DNA of 64,000 nt from Lophium mytilinum. Taxonomy: Eukaryota. A program made the translations under genes and the position numbers. A model generated the notes under the pieces. That model was not told the DNA's origin. It did not search any database and saw only the letters and a program-made list of their open reading frames with translations. The DNA lies in NCBI GenBank assembly GCA_010093605.1, contig MU004196.1, forward strand, positions 704,606 through 768,605, read 5' to 3'. The stretch's first letter is position 1; each line of letters begins with the position of its first letter. Of this stretch, positions 39,010-50,262 are shown one piece after another.

Positions 39010-39176
39010 TCGGGCCCGAAGCCCTACAAAAAACCCCCGCTGCACACAAGGAATTTTGAGATGATATATTTGAAGCTAGGAATTTCCCGGGCTCGAACTA
39101 CCACCATACCACTGAACCACCGGGTTACAAGCCACGATCGTCAGGGGCCCCGAAGGGCCAGGACGGCTGGAAAGTA
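39010..39176 (-). ncRNA. Candidate structured small ncRNA (snRNA-like layout; identity unresolved, possibly a U1-like variant or a Pol III-type RNA)
   Basis: Minus strand reads ACUUUCC, stem AGCCG/UGGCU enclosing GGCCC-UUCG-GGGCC, UGUAA, stem CCCGG/CCGGG, a third weaker stem, GUUUUUUG, then terminal hairpin GGGCUUCGGGCCC. Lies between convergent genes with no credible ORF. Confidence 0.6.
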
Positions 39177-39752
39177 GAGCGGATATATGCATGGGCTGAA
39201 GAGGTGATATGTCGAAGAAAGCAAAGATAGGGTGTCCGGTCGATCGAGGCCGCTACAGTTCAAATTATAAGAGTATTGCGACACACCCATATCACTCAAG
39301 AAGCTGATTAATTGATTTAGAAGTTTTTGTTTCTTAACATCATCCAAAGTTTTCGTTTTTCAAACTCCACGTCGTTGGGTCTGTGCCCATATCCCCTGCT
39401 CTCGCAACACGACTTAGTCCAGTCCAGTTTTAAGCCATCATCAAGAAAAGACTGTCCAAGCGTATCAATCAATCTCTGGTATCATACTCATCAAAAGAGT
39501 GGCAAGTCCCACCTGCACCCCGGATCCCGCTAGCGCCATATGTACCCTACGACTGCAACACACTCCCAATCGTATCAGTGTGTAGTCATGAAGAAGAAAG
39601 GAAAAGTCGTAAAGAGAGTCAAAAAGTATGCAAATGCATATCGAAAAGGAATGAGAGAATCATAACCGCCGAGCCGAGCCACACTGCCACAGAATCATAT
39701 CATCTCAATGGGTAAGTTAGTAGAATCGTGTCGGTCGTAAGGGCTCTTTTTT

Positions 39753-40846
39753 TCAGAACCCCAATCCAGTCTCTGACCGATCAACCGGGCTGCGATGGGA
39801 GGGGTGATGTGCCATATCAGGTCTCACGAGATGCGCAAACTGCGGATTCACGTTGAGCGGCGCTGAGATGTTGATCGGAACCCTCGGGCCGGTGCTGCTC
39901 CGCTTGCTCTTCTTCGACGGCGACGTATCAGTCGAGTTGGAGGAGGAGTGGAAGACGCGCAGGGGCGACGAGCTATGGTAGGATGGGAGGATGGAGTTGC
40001 GGGCGTTGCGGAAGGTGCGGGCAGGAGAGAAGGTCCGGTGGGGTTCCTTGACTGGGGACGTGAGCTCGATATGGTGCAGCGTGCCCGAGGATGAGGAGCC
40101 GGTGGTGTGCGTGTTGATGCTGAGAGATTTGCCGATGCCGATGTTTGGGGCGGATTCGGTGTCGGTGAGGGCGACAGCGCCATGAGAGCGGACGCGGCGG
40201 GCTGTGATGCCTCGGCTGGAGTCGCGGAAGACGTAGCTCTGGGCTTGGTCAGTATGCCGTTCTGCATCAGCTGAGGACAGTGGGGTTGACTTACAGCGAC
40301 GACGTTGAAGAAGCCAATGACCAGGCAAAGGATGCCTGATGCAAGGACCAAGCGCCAGAAGGGCAGGCCTAGCGACTCCTGGCTGGTAGCCTCCTTGTTC
40401 ATGTTTCCGAGGATGTTGAGACCGAGGACGATCATCGCGCAGCCAAGACCAACGAAGCCATGAGCTGGGCTAAGCAGTGGCCAGTTGCGAGCGAAGAAGC
40501 TGCGGAAGAGCGAGCACTCAGAGACGACGAGAAACACTGACGTGGCGTTAGTATGAGTTTCAGATTTGGGTTTCAAAACCTGGAGCTTACTGCTTGTGAG
40601 GGCTGTGATGACATGGCTGACGGCGTCGAAGAAGAAGAACTGGACAATGTTAGCTTGAGCTTCTAGATGTAAGAGTTGAGCTGCTGGATGCAGAGCTAGA
40701 CGTACCTTGGAGACCACGAACGTCTTGACAAGCATGACGAAGCTGCCTGTGACCACAGCGGTGAGGGCAATGATGTTCAAGGCGCGGATGACATTAAGGA
40801 TGATGTATCCTGGGCCAGCCAGAGACTTGGTGGAGAGGAGAGCCAT
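39753..40846 (-). CDS. Conserved fungal multi-pass membrane protein with S/P-rich cytoplasmic tail, 4 exons
   Basis: SLAGPGYIILNVIRALNIIAL; FFFFDAVSH; FFARNWPLLSPAHGFVGLG; LGLPFWRLVLASGIL; SYVFRD..GITARRVRSHGA. Confidence 0.82.
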
Positions 40847-41857
40847 CGTGCAGACTGGGTATCGGTGAAGGTGATGATTCTGTGGAGTAGGGCTGGCCGG
40901 CAGTCGAATAGAGGTCGCGTCGAGCGGTTGCAAGGAAAGCTACAGAGCGAGGTCGTGTAGAGCAGTAGATTATAACAGAGAAGGAAAGAAGCTGGTGATA
41001 ACTGGAGGAGAAGTCCTGAGCCGTGACGGCAAAGGAATCTTTCTGGCCGCCGCTCAATAGTATCGATAAGGCACAATAGGAAGAGAATGACAATAGGAAG
41101 AAGAGAAGGATCCAGAATGGGGTGGGGTGGCCATTTTCACCAAAGTACGGCAGCGCGGGCGCGTTCAGCGTGGGCCACCTCACGATGGCCAATTCCGTCA
41201 CAGCACAGAAATGAGTGGTCTACATGGCTCCACCGCTGCCTCTTGCTCGGCAGCACTCATGCTGAAACGCGGGAATCGCTCCCGGTTGAAGACTAGAGGG
41301 TTGGCAAACAGCTGGAGCAACGGGGATCCAGGCCAGCAGTCAACGGGCCTGTCTCTGCGGAGCGTGGGCAGGCCAGTGTCGTCGAGGCCTGAGGGCGACC
41401 GACTGCAGTCGAGTGAGGCAGGTTTGGCAGCGGGCAAGGCATCGCGGAAGCATTGGCTGTGGGTGCATGCAGCGCGCCCGCGAGAGACGCGCCGCCGTGT
41501 TTCAGCCCTCTTAAAACAGATCAAGACAGCAGATCCTTGGGCGGCAAGAGCCAGGCTTGACGCTCGACTCACCTCGTGTCGCTGAAGAAGCTGGCAACAG
41601 AGGCGGAGAATTGAATGGTATTTCTGGCCTCATGGTGACCTCTTTGGGCCGTCGTGATGTCTACTGCAAGTGCTGCTCGTGATTGGGCGAGACCTGCAGA
41701 CAAAGCCAGACCCTTCTTCCCGCCTATTTTTATCAGCCCGATAACCTTTTCCCTCCTCATCCCCCGTTTCCACCTCTCCAGTTCAGCCTTACGGTCAGCC
41801 ACCGCGACGATCGCACTCTGAAACCCTCCAGCAACTGCCAGCCTACTCTCCTCAACA

Positions 41858-42329
41858 ATGGCCCGCGGTAACCAGCGTGAAAACGCTCGCGAGAAGAACG
41901 CAAAGAAGACAGCCGGCGCAGTACGCTACACCCCTCCTCATCCACGACCACCTCCGTATCACTACTAACACCGGCGCAGGGAAAGAAGAACGCGGTACGC
42001 ATACACATCTCCACCCGCCACCCACCTCTGCCAGCGCATTCATCCCATCCCATCCCATACCGCAACAGCTTCACTCCAGCCTCTAACGCCGCCACAGATG
42101 TCCGGCACCGAAGCCGCCCGCAACAAGGAGAACGTGGCCGCCATCATGCGCGCCAAACAGATCGCAGGTACCTCTCGTCCCGTCCCGTTCCAGCCCATGC
42201 CTCGATTCCAAATGCGCCTTCATGCCCTGGATACAGATGTGTGAAGGTTGGGACCACCCCGGACAATGCTAACACGTGTCTCGAACAGCCGAGGAGAAGA
42301 AGAAGGCCGACGCCTCGTCCTCCACCTAG
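41858..42329 (+). CDS. SERF/4F5-family small protein, 62 aa, 4 exons (41858-41920, 41980-41994, 42098-42167, 42289-42329)
   Basis: MARGNQRENAREKNAKKTAGA|GKKNA|MSGTEAARNKENVAAIMRAKQIA|AEEKKKADASSST*; MxRGNQRE and IMRxKQ are SERF hallmarks. Confidence 0.88.
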
Positions 42330-42956
42330 ACGACCTGATGTCCGATCCGACGCATGCGCTTCATTTGTGTGCCATGCCAGCGTGGGGTCCTGGGGGAAGC
42401 GGGGCGGGAGATTAGACTAGAGCATCAACGGGGTTGGAGAGGGGCGGTAGATGGGGTGGTGGGATGCGGACGGGAGTTTTCCAACGGTGCTTGATCCTGC
42501 AGTTTTAGCGATAGATGAGTACCTACGAACCCGGGAGCTTGCCTTAGCGTCGACGATATCCCCAACGCGCTGTCAACGAAGAAAGTGGAGTTCTAGGTTT
42601 GTTCATCGTGGTGCCCTTATGCCAATCTCCCCTGTTTTCGCGTGATATCAAACTCCCTACACCGTCCACATTCAGCCTTCAAGCGTAAGACAAGAGTGTT
42701 CTCTCAAAGTCGTCCTATTCAAGATCTATCTTATTTCTACAAAGTCGCACAATCAATGCGCCTTCCTAGGGCAATTACGGTATAATGCAAGGAACGCCAT
42801 CCCCAAAACTCAAAAGCCACAAAATCCGGGGTCAGTCTGCCACTCAACAGCGACCACGACCCCTTTCAAGAAGTGAACCTTCCAGTTCGATATGCTGTCG
42901 GCATGACATTACACCTCTTGCCCAATTTCTAGCCCCGTCTCTGTTCATCCAGACAA

Positions 42957-43808
42957 TTATGATAGCATACCAGCGAACCCGCCGAAGGAGTTCACAGCCG
43001 CAGCTTGCGGGAAAGAGTTGGCGCCGCACAAGCATGCGCACGAGCACGCCGTTCCATCGCCCGTCTGGCCTTGACCAGCAGCGATAGTGGCAGCGGCGGA
43101 TGCTCCTGCGGCGATGGTGACGGTGCTTGCAGGCGGTGCGGCAGCGACTGATGCACCGCCGCTAGGAGCGATGTTGGCGGGTAGAAGACCAGTGCCGTTC
43201 TGCGCGATGGCGAGCTGCTTGTACGCGGCCGAGTTCTTCTCGCCGGATTCGACGGCGTTGACGGAGAAGACCATGCCCTTGCCGCAGTGGGTGCCGTTCT
43301 TTTGTTTGCAGTAGAACCCTGGCACTCGTCAGTCCATGTCTGGATAAGCGGTCTGAGGTGGAGTGGACTTACACATTGGGTCCGTGGCCGGAACGGTCAT
43401 CTGGAAGGTGACGCCGGGCTTGCCCGAGGGGTTTGGCAAGAAGCCGGAGTCGATACCTCCAGCCATCTTCACGCAAGGGTTGGCGAATGTGGATTGCGTA
43501 ACCGTGTGGTTTTTCTGCATGAAGACGAACTCGACAACATCGCCGACGGCAGCGCTGATGGCCTCGGGCGAATAGCCTAATATCGGGGTTGGGGTGCCGG
43601 AAGGGTCTGCAGCCGCTTTTACACCTCCTACGGTAACCTTTCATACTATTAGACTTCCATTCAGCTTCACGATCTTGGCTGGGCTCACGGTATGTGTCAT
43701 GGCGCCTGCTGCAGCAGCTACGGTACCAGACGGCGCCGCCACGCTCATCATTTGCGCGGTGGCAGAAACGGCGCTCGCAGCCAGGGATAGGATGGTGAAG
43801 GACTTCAT
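42957..43808 (-). CDS. Secreted cupredoxin-like (extracellular serine-rich family) protein, 3 exons
   Basis: Signal peptide; AAVGDVVEFVFMQKNHTVTQSTFANPC; WFYCKQKNGTHCGKGMVFSVN (His, Cys, His, Met type-1-copper-like set); C-terminal CSCACLC. Confidence 0.85.
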
Positions 43809-44618
43809 TTTGAGTGTTGAGATAATGGTATTAGGCCTTAAAGAGTGGAAGCGTCCGCGCTGCGGGCTGTGTAATGGTACTTTGGGTGAAGACGAAGGAC
43901 TGAAGGGCGCAATGCGAGGGCCGGCTCGGTAATAAGAAGACCTAAAGGGAACGAGAACGAGAGAGATTAGGCACGTAGAATGGAAATCGAGGTTGAATGG
44001 AGCAGAGAATGTAGGGGCGCTGAGGGCTTATATTGTAGCATGAAATTGACGGTTTGAGAACATGCAGTCGCAAAGGGGAGTCATGGCGAAACAACACCGC
44101 CCCTCGGCTTGCCTGGCCTCCGTGAAAACAGCAGCAAACGCAGCAAGAGGTGCGGTTTGAAGTCATGATGGCGAAGCGCCGCAGACGGCTGTTGTGTGAG
44201 AGTCGTCTGGGCCATGACCCCTGGTGTCGCAGCCACGTCTCAAGCGCACGGGGTTCAATCGCTTGAAGCCCGAGCTCCACGACAAGACGGCCAAGCTTCG
44301 GTCAAGCTTGCGATTTGCGACCCTGTTGCCTGTAAATAGTCTTTGAAAAAGGTACAGCGCATAAATGGGCGGGCTAGTCAGTTCATGGTCGACGATTTCG
44401 ACTTGCCCCGTTGAGCGGCGTGAAGCAGTCCGCGCCACACCTCCGCCATACTGTGGAGATTAGCCCCATTTCGACGAACAAGTGCGACGTTCTCACCAAT
44501 AGACACTCGGTTTCTAGCAGAGTCTCTTCGGCGTGTTCTCGAAAATGGCGTGTTGCTTGATTACCTAAAGGTCTAGCCAAACCGTCCCTAGACCGACGAT
44601 CATCGGGTCTGCAAACAC

Positions 44619-45374
44619 TCAAGACTTGTTCTGTTCCGTAGTCTTCTGCTGTCCTTCGTGCAAGCCAGTGTAGTATCCGGCGTAGTACCAAGCCATCATG
44701 ATATTCTTCATGTTCTCGTCTTGCACTGTGAAGGTCAGCATGACTTCGCCTCTGTGATGAAGGCGCGCGGGAGGCATATCTCCAGGCTTACCATTTGCGA
44801 GAAGGACCTGCGGCATTGAAGCTGGTGCAGCTGTGCTATGCAATGGGACAGAAGAATCAGCTGACTCGTGAGCCTGCTGCTGGCCGGATGTCGTGGGCTC
44901 CATGAAATTAGCCAATGCCTGAGACTGCGCCGCAGGTATATCAAATCGCACCTGGTCCTCCATTTTGGTTCCGTTCGTCTCCCCGGGAACAACACTCTCG
45001 TCTGCTACTGGATAGTCGTTTTCAGAGGCTTTCGGCTTTCTGATTCTTTTCTTTTTGGGCTTCTTGTCCACTTCGACTTCCTCCTTCTCGTGACCCAGCT
45101 CCCTGTGAACGTCAGTCGTTTCTTCGAAGCAGTACAGGAAGCGTCTCACCTTCTCAATTCTATCAGCTCTTCTGAGCTAAGTACATCCTCGACTCGTTTT
45201 CCTTCCAGATGTATGCTGTGATATCTCTGCGTCCAATATTAGCGGCTTCGGACCAATGTGGTGCCTGAGACATACCTTGTACTCAGCAAGAGCGCCCTCC
45301 CACGAGCTGACCAGGGCACTATCATCCCATGCCCGTCGGTCGTTGAAATCAACATCAACAACAATAGGAGCCAT
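44619..45374 (-). CDS. SMN1: Survival motor neuron (SMN)-like protein, 4 exons
   Basis: N-terminal Gemin2-binding motif AWDDSALVSSWEGALAEYK|RYHSIH; C-terminal YG-box MKNIMMAWYYAGYYTGLHEG. Confidence 0.9.
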
Positions 45375-45529
45375 GATGGTGATGATGGGATGCGGAGGAT
45401 GGATGTTCGCCGCTCTTGCTGAAAGCGAGCTTTGATCGTATCGGCTACACTTCGGCGAATTGGCATGGAGCTCTGTGATTGGCTGGACTGCAATATCACC
45501 ACATCGGGTAAGCATTCTACAGGAAAGGG

Positions 45530-47120
45530 GCATCCCTTTGACTATTCAGCTATATACTTGCTGGGGTACTCCCAACAGTGGTATTAGGCGTGCAAGAGTA
45601 AAGAAAATTGATGTAAAAGTGAACGCAATAGGAATAGGATATCTTTTTAACTACTCAGCTATAGTGACAGGCCATAACTCTATGCACACTCGGTTGCCAC
45701 TGTCAGGAGCGCCCCAATAGGGAGACAACAACGTAGGCGTCATGTCAAGTTCTAGACCGCGTAGTTTAAGCTTCCTCTTGACCAAGAGGTATCCTCGCGA
45801 TGGGGCCGCCCTTGACAGTGGTGTCCAGCTTGTAAAAGCGACACTCGAACAGTAATATTCGAGTGCCTAAACTTGTCGCCTAGTACTGGCTACAGGCCAC
45901 ATGTTTGAGCACACTGGTACGTCACTGCTTGGGGTACCCTATAGGGTTTCATATACTCAAGGGCGATGCCAAACTTCAAGCAGTGCAGATTACACTGTCT
46001 CTTGACTAGTTGCCTGCTCAGCAGTCAGACTACCCCCAACAGTAGTGTTAAGTGGACAAATTGAAGCCGAGTCCGTGTATCTAGACTTATGGCCTAGGAT
46101 TATATATACTAGCTGGGCTACTCCTCACAGTAGTATTAGGCGTGCAAAAAAAAAAGTAATGTAATGGTGAACGCAATAGGAATAGGATATCCTTTTGACT
46201 AACCAACAACCTGCAAATCGGGCCGCTCCTGACAGCGGTGTATCGCGAGAAAAAGCGAAGTCCAAGTGGAATTGGAGTACTCGCGATACCGAGAGGTTTC
46301 CTTTTGGCCAACCAACGACATACTAGTCAGGGTCCTCCTGACAGCGATGTTCTTCCAGCAACGCGAAACCTAAGTCGGATCAGAATGCTGCCGGGGCTGA
46401 GAGGGTTCCTTTTGACTGGCCAGTCACCTGCTAGTCAGGGTCCTCCTCACAGCGGTATTTTGTGAGCAAGACAAAGCCTAATCGGGATCACAATGCTACC
46501 CGGAGTGGGAGGTATCCTTTTGACTATCTCAGCTATGTACTAGTTGGGCTACTCCTCACACGGGTATTAGGCGTGCAAGATGGAAGAAATTGATGTAAAG
46601 GTGAACGTAGTACGAATGAGACATCCTTTTGACTACTTAGCTATATACTAGCTGGGCTACTCCTCACGGTGGTGTTATGCGTGCAAGAAAGAAGGAAGTG
46701 ATGTAAAAGTGAACGCAATAGGAATAGGAGATCCTTTTGACTACTCAGCTATATACCAGCTGGGCTACTCCCCACGGCGCTATCAAGCATCCAAAAGGAA
46801 GGAACCCCATATAAAGAACGATGCAGTTCAGAGCAGACTTCCTTCTGGCTGATCAGATACCGGCTGGCTAGGCTGCTCCCAACAGCGCTATCAGGCTTGC
46901 AGAATGAAGAAATTGATGTAAAAGTGAACGCGATAAGAATGGGACATCCCTTTGACTACTCAGCTATATACTAGCTGGGCTGCTCCTTACAGTGGTATTA
47001 TGCGGGCAAGAATGAAAAATTTGATGTGAAGGTGAGCGTAATAAGAATAGGACATCTTTTTGACTACTCAGCTATATACTAGCTGGGCTACTCCTTACAG
47101 TGGTATCAGGCGTGCAAGAA
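45530..47120. repeat. Degenerate tandem array of ~108-bp units (about 9 regular units 46100-47120 plus looser copies from 45530)
   Basis: Anchor CCTTTTGACTA (or a variant) recurs with its G at 46197, 46306, 46414, 46522, 46631, 46739, 46847, 46954, 47062 (spacing 107-109) and at 45540/45649. Confidence 0.9.
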
Positions 47121-47474
47121 CAGAACCTGTGCTATAGTATAGCCGTGCACCCGAAATTGAGACATAATACGGTAATCTTTACATCATTTTCACGTACGCG
47201 TAGTGGACACGATGAGGAGCATTGTTCTGTTCATTACGACAAAGGAAAGGGGTCTTACGGACCAATATTAAGCAGAAGAATCGACAAAAACAACCAAACA
47301 CCACGTAATAGGACCCAAACTGGTATCATAAGCAACAATTCCGCCCATTTTGTGCTCCGACCCAATGCCGCTGTGTCCACGCTATGCCGGAAAGTGATTA
47401 CAAAGGGAGAAAGAGAGGAGAAAGTGTCAGTACAAGGTGTGCTCTATACTACCTCGTGTGCACGCTTTCGCCCA

Positions 47475-48969
47475 TCAAAAGAAATCTTCTGCCCCACGGC
47501 GTGGGCCGCCGCGGCCCTTGTTCTTCGTGTCAAACAGCTCTTTACCACCAAAGAGCTCCCGCGTCTCCTGCGCCGCTCCACGGATCGTGAAGCCCTCCGC
47601 CTGGCCCTCTTGGGCGTTGTTGGTGATTCTGCTCGCAAGATCGCGAGGCTTCGTGATGCGGTCTTCGAGGCTCGGGGGCCCCCGCGTGATTCGATCCGCC
47701 AGGCTTCGTGATTTGGCCGGCGCTTTTCCGAAAAGTTCCGGAACATCTTCGCTCGCGTCGACGGCGTCGCTGCGCCGGTGGTTGCTGTTGGGAGTTCTAT
47801 TGGGGAAGAGCTCCTTGGATCGGGGGGCGGTGGGGGTCTTCTTCTCGAACAACTCCCTGTCAGTCGACGCATTGACTGCTTTGACCGGAAAGAGCTCGTT
47901 GCCGCGGGTGCTTCTGGCGTCCTTTCGATACGACGGGGGGGTCGGGGTGCGGCGCCGAATCTTACGACGGCTAGCCTCTTCATCTGCCTCAAAGCCCATT
48001 CGGCCGTCACCCTCAGGGTCTGGTGACGCGCTCCGATCGCGCAGGCGGCCACGGTCGTCCTCGCGGGAGAATTGGACCTTCTTGCGACTGCTCCCGTCTC
48101 CAAACAGCTCCGTGTCTCGTGCGCGGGGGTACGCGGTGTGGCCTCTGTCTCCGGACATACTCCTCATTCTGGAGGTAGCGTCTCTCTGCCTCGACGCGTC
48201 TCTTGACGACCCGCTCGTGTCATCTCCGTACAGATTGACGTCAAATTCGCCGTCGCCGTGTCGGCCTTTGCGTGGCGCGTCCAGGTCACGCGGCTTCCTG
48301 AATCTTCCCCGGTCACGCGAGCGGCTGTCGCGACGATTGTTGTTCCGGTAGTACTGGCTGCGCTCACGGGCGCCCTTCTGTTTCGCGTCGTAGATGGTCG
48401 CAAGTCGCACCCTCAGCTCGACGTCTGGTCGGTATGACAGCTCTTTCGTCTTCAGACCGGATTTTGGCACGCCCTTCTCCTCCCAGTCCTCAACAATCAA
48501 GCCGGTAAATGCATTCAGGGCTTGCTTGGCCGCTTCATCGGTCACGAACTCGAGATTGGCTGACGAGTCGTTGATCCAGTCAATCTTCAGGAAGGTCTGG
48601 TTGCAGCCATGTTCGGCAACGAAGGCTTCGACATCGCGCGTGCTCAAGGTGTTGAGGCCCATGATGTGCACTCGGCGAGGGACGGTGTCTGTGAGCTGGG
48701 TCCTCGGGGCGGGGGGGTCGTTGAGGCGTTCGAACGGGTGAAGGAGGGATTGCTGTCGCTTCAGCTCTTCCGCCGCGTTGTCCTGTAGTGATGTTAGATC
48801 TTTGCGAGCAAACACTCCAGTACAAGGCGCGTTGACGTACCTCTCTGGTCTGCTCTCGTACCTTCTCCCAGAGCTCATCGTCGTCGAGGTCGAGGTCAAT
48901 GTCGCCGACATCCTCCATGTCAACGTCGGTGAGGTACTTCTGCATGTTGGTGGGTTCGTTAGTCTCCAT
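47475..48969 (-). CDS. Nuclear cap-binding protein subunit 3 (NCBP3/DUF2414)-like, 2 exons (intron 48783-48840)
   Basis: RVHIMGLNTLSTRDVEAF; KIDWINDSSANLEF; VRLATIYDAKQKGARERSQYY; R/D/S-rich tail with repeated ELF motifs. Confidence 0.85.
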
Positions 48970-49284
48970 GGTAGCTGTGAATGTGTGAGCGGCGCCGGCA
49001 AGACGACGACGGGTGGTCACGGCGACTGGTGACTGATGAGGACGATGAGGAAGTGGTGTTGACGCGCTCGGGCAGCTTTGACGTTCAGAGGTTCTCGCTT
49101 ACGCTAGCGACCACGCTAAGCCCCGCATCACGTGGCCTTCGACGCGTCAAAGCGTTCGACCAGGCTTGGAGGTAGTCAAACTAACTACCAAAAGATGTTG
49201 TGTTGGTGAAGGTGAGAAAGCTGGTTGTTGTGTAGTAGATATAATCTGACATTGCTGAGTAAGCTGTAAGACTGGAAGGCAACA

Positions 49285-49990
49285 AGCGCCTGGATTGGAG
49301 GTGGTGAAGTGATGTTTTGAGGACGTAGATATAAGTCTGAGGTCTTTCATACCCATTCATCTTTCAGAGTTCACGGTGTTGTTTCTGTGAGGTCGTAGAT
49401 CAGGGCGGACTTTAGGTTTGCCTCATGAGCCCGGATTGGAGGTATTGAAGTGCTGGTTTGAGAGCGTGGTTATGAGTTCCAGGTCTCTCACGCCTGTTCA
49501 TCTTTCAGAGTCCACGATGTTGTTTCTGTGAGGTCTCAAATCAGGCTGGGCTTTCTATATGCCTCATGAGCCTGGAATGGAGGTGTCAGAGTGTTGTTTT
49601 GAGAGCGTGGGTATGAGTCTAAGGTCTTTCACGCCTGTTCATCTTTCGAACTTCAAAATGTCTCTTCTGCGAGGCTGTAGATCTGGCTAGGCTTTCCGTT
49701 TGCCTCGTGAGCTTGAAATAGAATTGTTATAGTACTGTTTTGAGAAGGTGGGTATAAGTTTGAGGGCTCTCATACACCATTCATCTTTCGAGGTTCACGA
49801 TGTCATTCCCCCGAGGTCATGAATCAGGGAGGCGTCTAGTTGTGCCTTATGATCCCAGATTGAAGGTGCTAGAGTGATGCTTTGATAGGGCAGATATACT
49901 TTTGTGGACTCTCACACCTATACATCTTTCAATCTCTACAATGACATTTCGTCGAGATCGTAAATTGAGCAGCTCATCCCTTATGTCTCA
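49285..49990. repeat. Degenerate tandem array of ~141-bp units (about 5 copies)
   Basis: Anchor T(T/A)CATCTTTC at 49356, 49497, 49638, 49780, 49921 (spacing 141-142); GGATTGGAGGT..GAAGTG..GTTTTGAG also recurs. Confidence 0.9.
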
Positions 49991-50262
49991 TGAGCAAGAC
50001 AGGTTACAGAACCTTGTGACAAGGCTATGTACTGTCGCGGTAGGGCAGGTAGGTTTTGAGGTGTTACATCACTGCAAAGAAACGATGGAGAAAATGTGAG
50101 TTCCACCTTTCGGAAAATAGACGATTTTGGGAGCCTTGACACTCGAGATCTCAACATTCCAACATCCGTCCCCATACAATCCAATCAAACTCCCAGATGC
50201 CGAAGGGTATCGGGTTTCGGGAATACGTAGGCAGGACTGCGAAGACATCCCCTGCGAAATAA

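Noticed and set aside
39070..39126. tRNA gene (including tRNA-Sec, given CTTCAAA)
   Set aside because: D-loop-like and T-loop-like motifs are only ~10 nt apart with no anticodon arm, and CTTCAAA lies 3' of the T-loop motif; no cloverleaf can be drawn.
47437..48351. 304-aa plus-strand ORF
   Set aside because: Antisense shadow of the NCBP3-like CDS with no motifs of its own.
45530..49990. CRISPR array reading of the periodic repeats
   Set aside because: Eukaryotic context, no cas genes, and the inter-core segments are homologous to one another rather than unique spacers.
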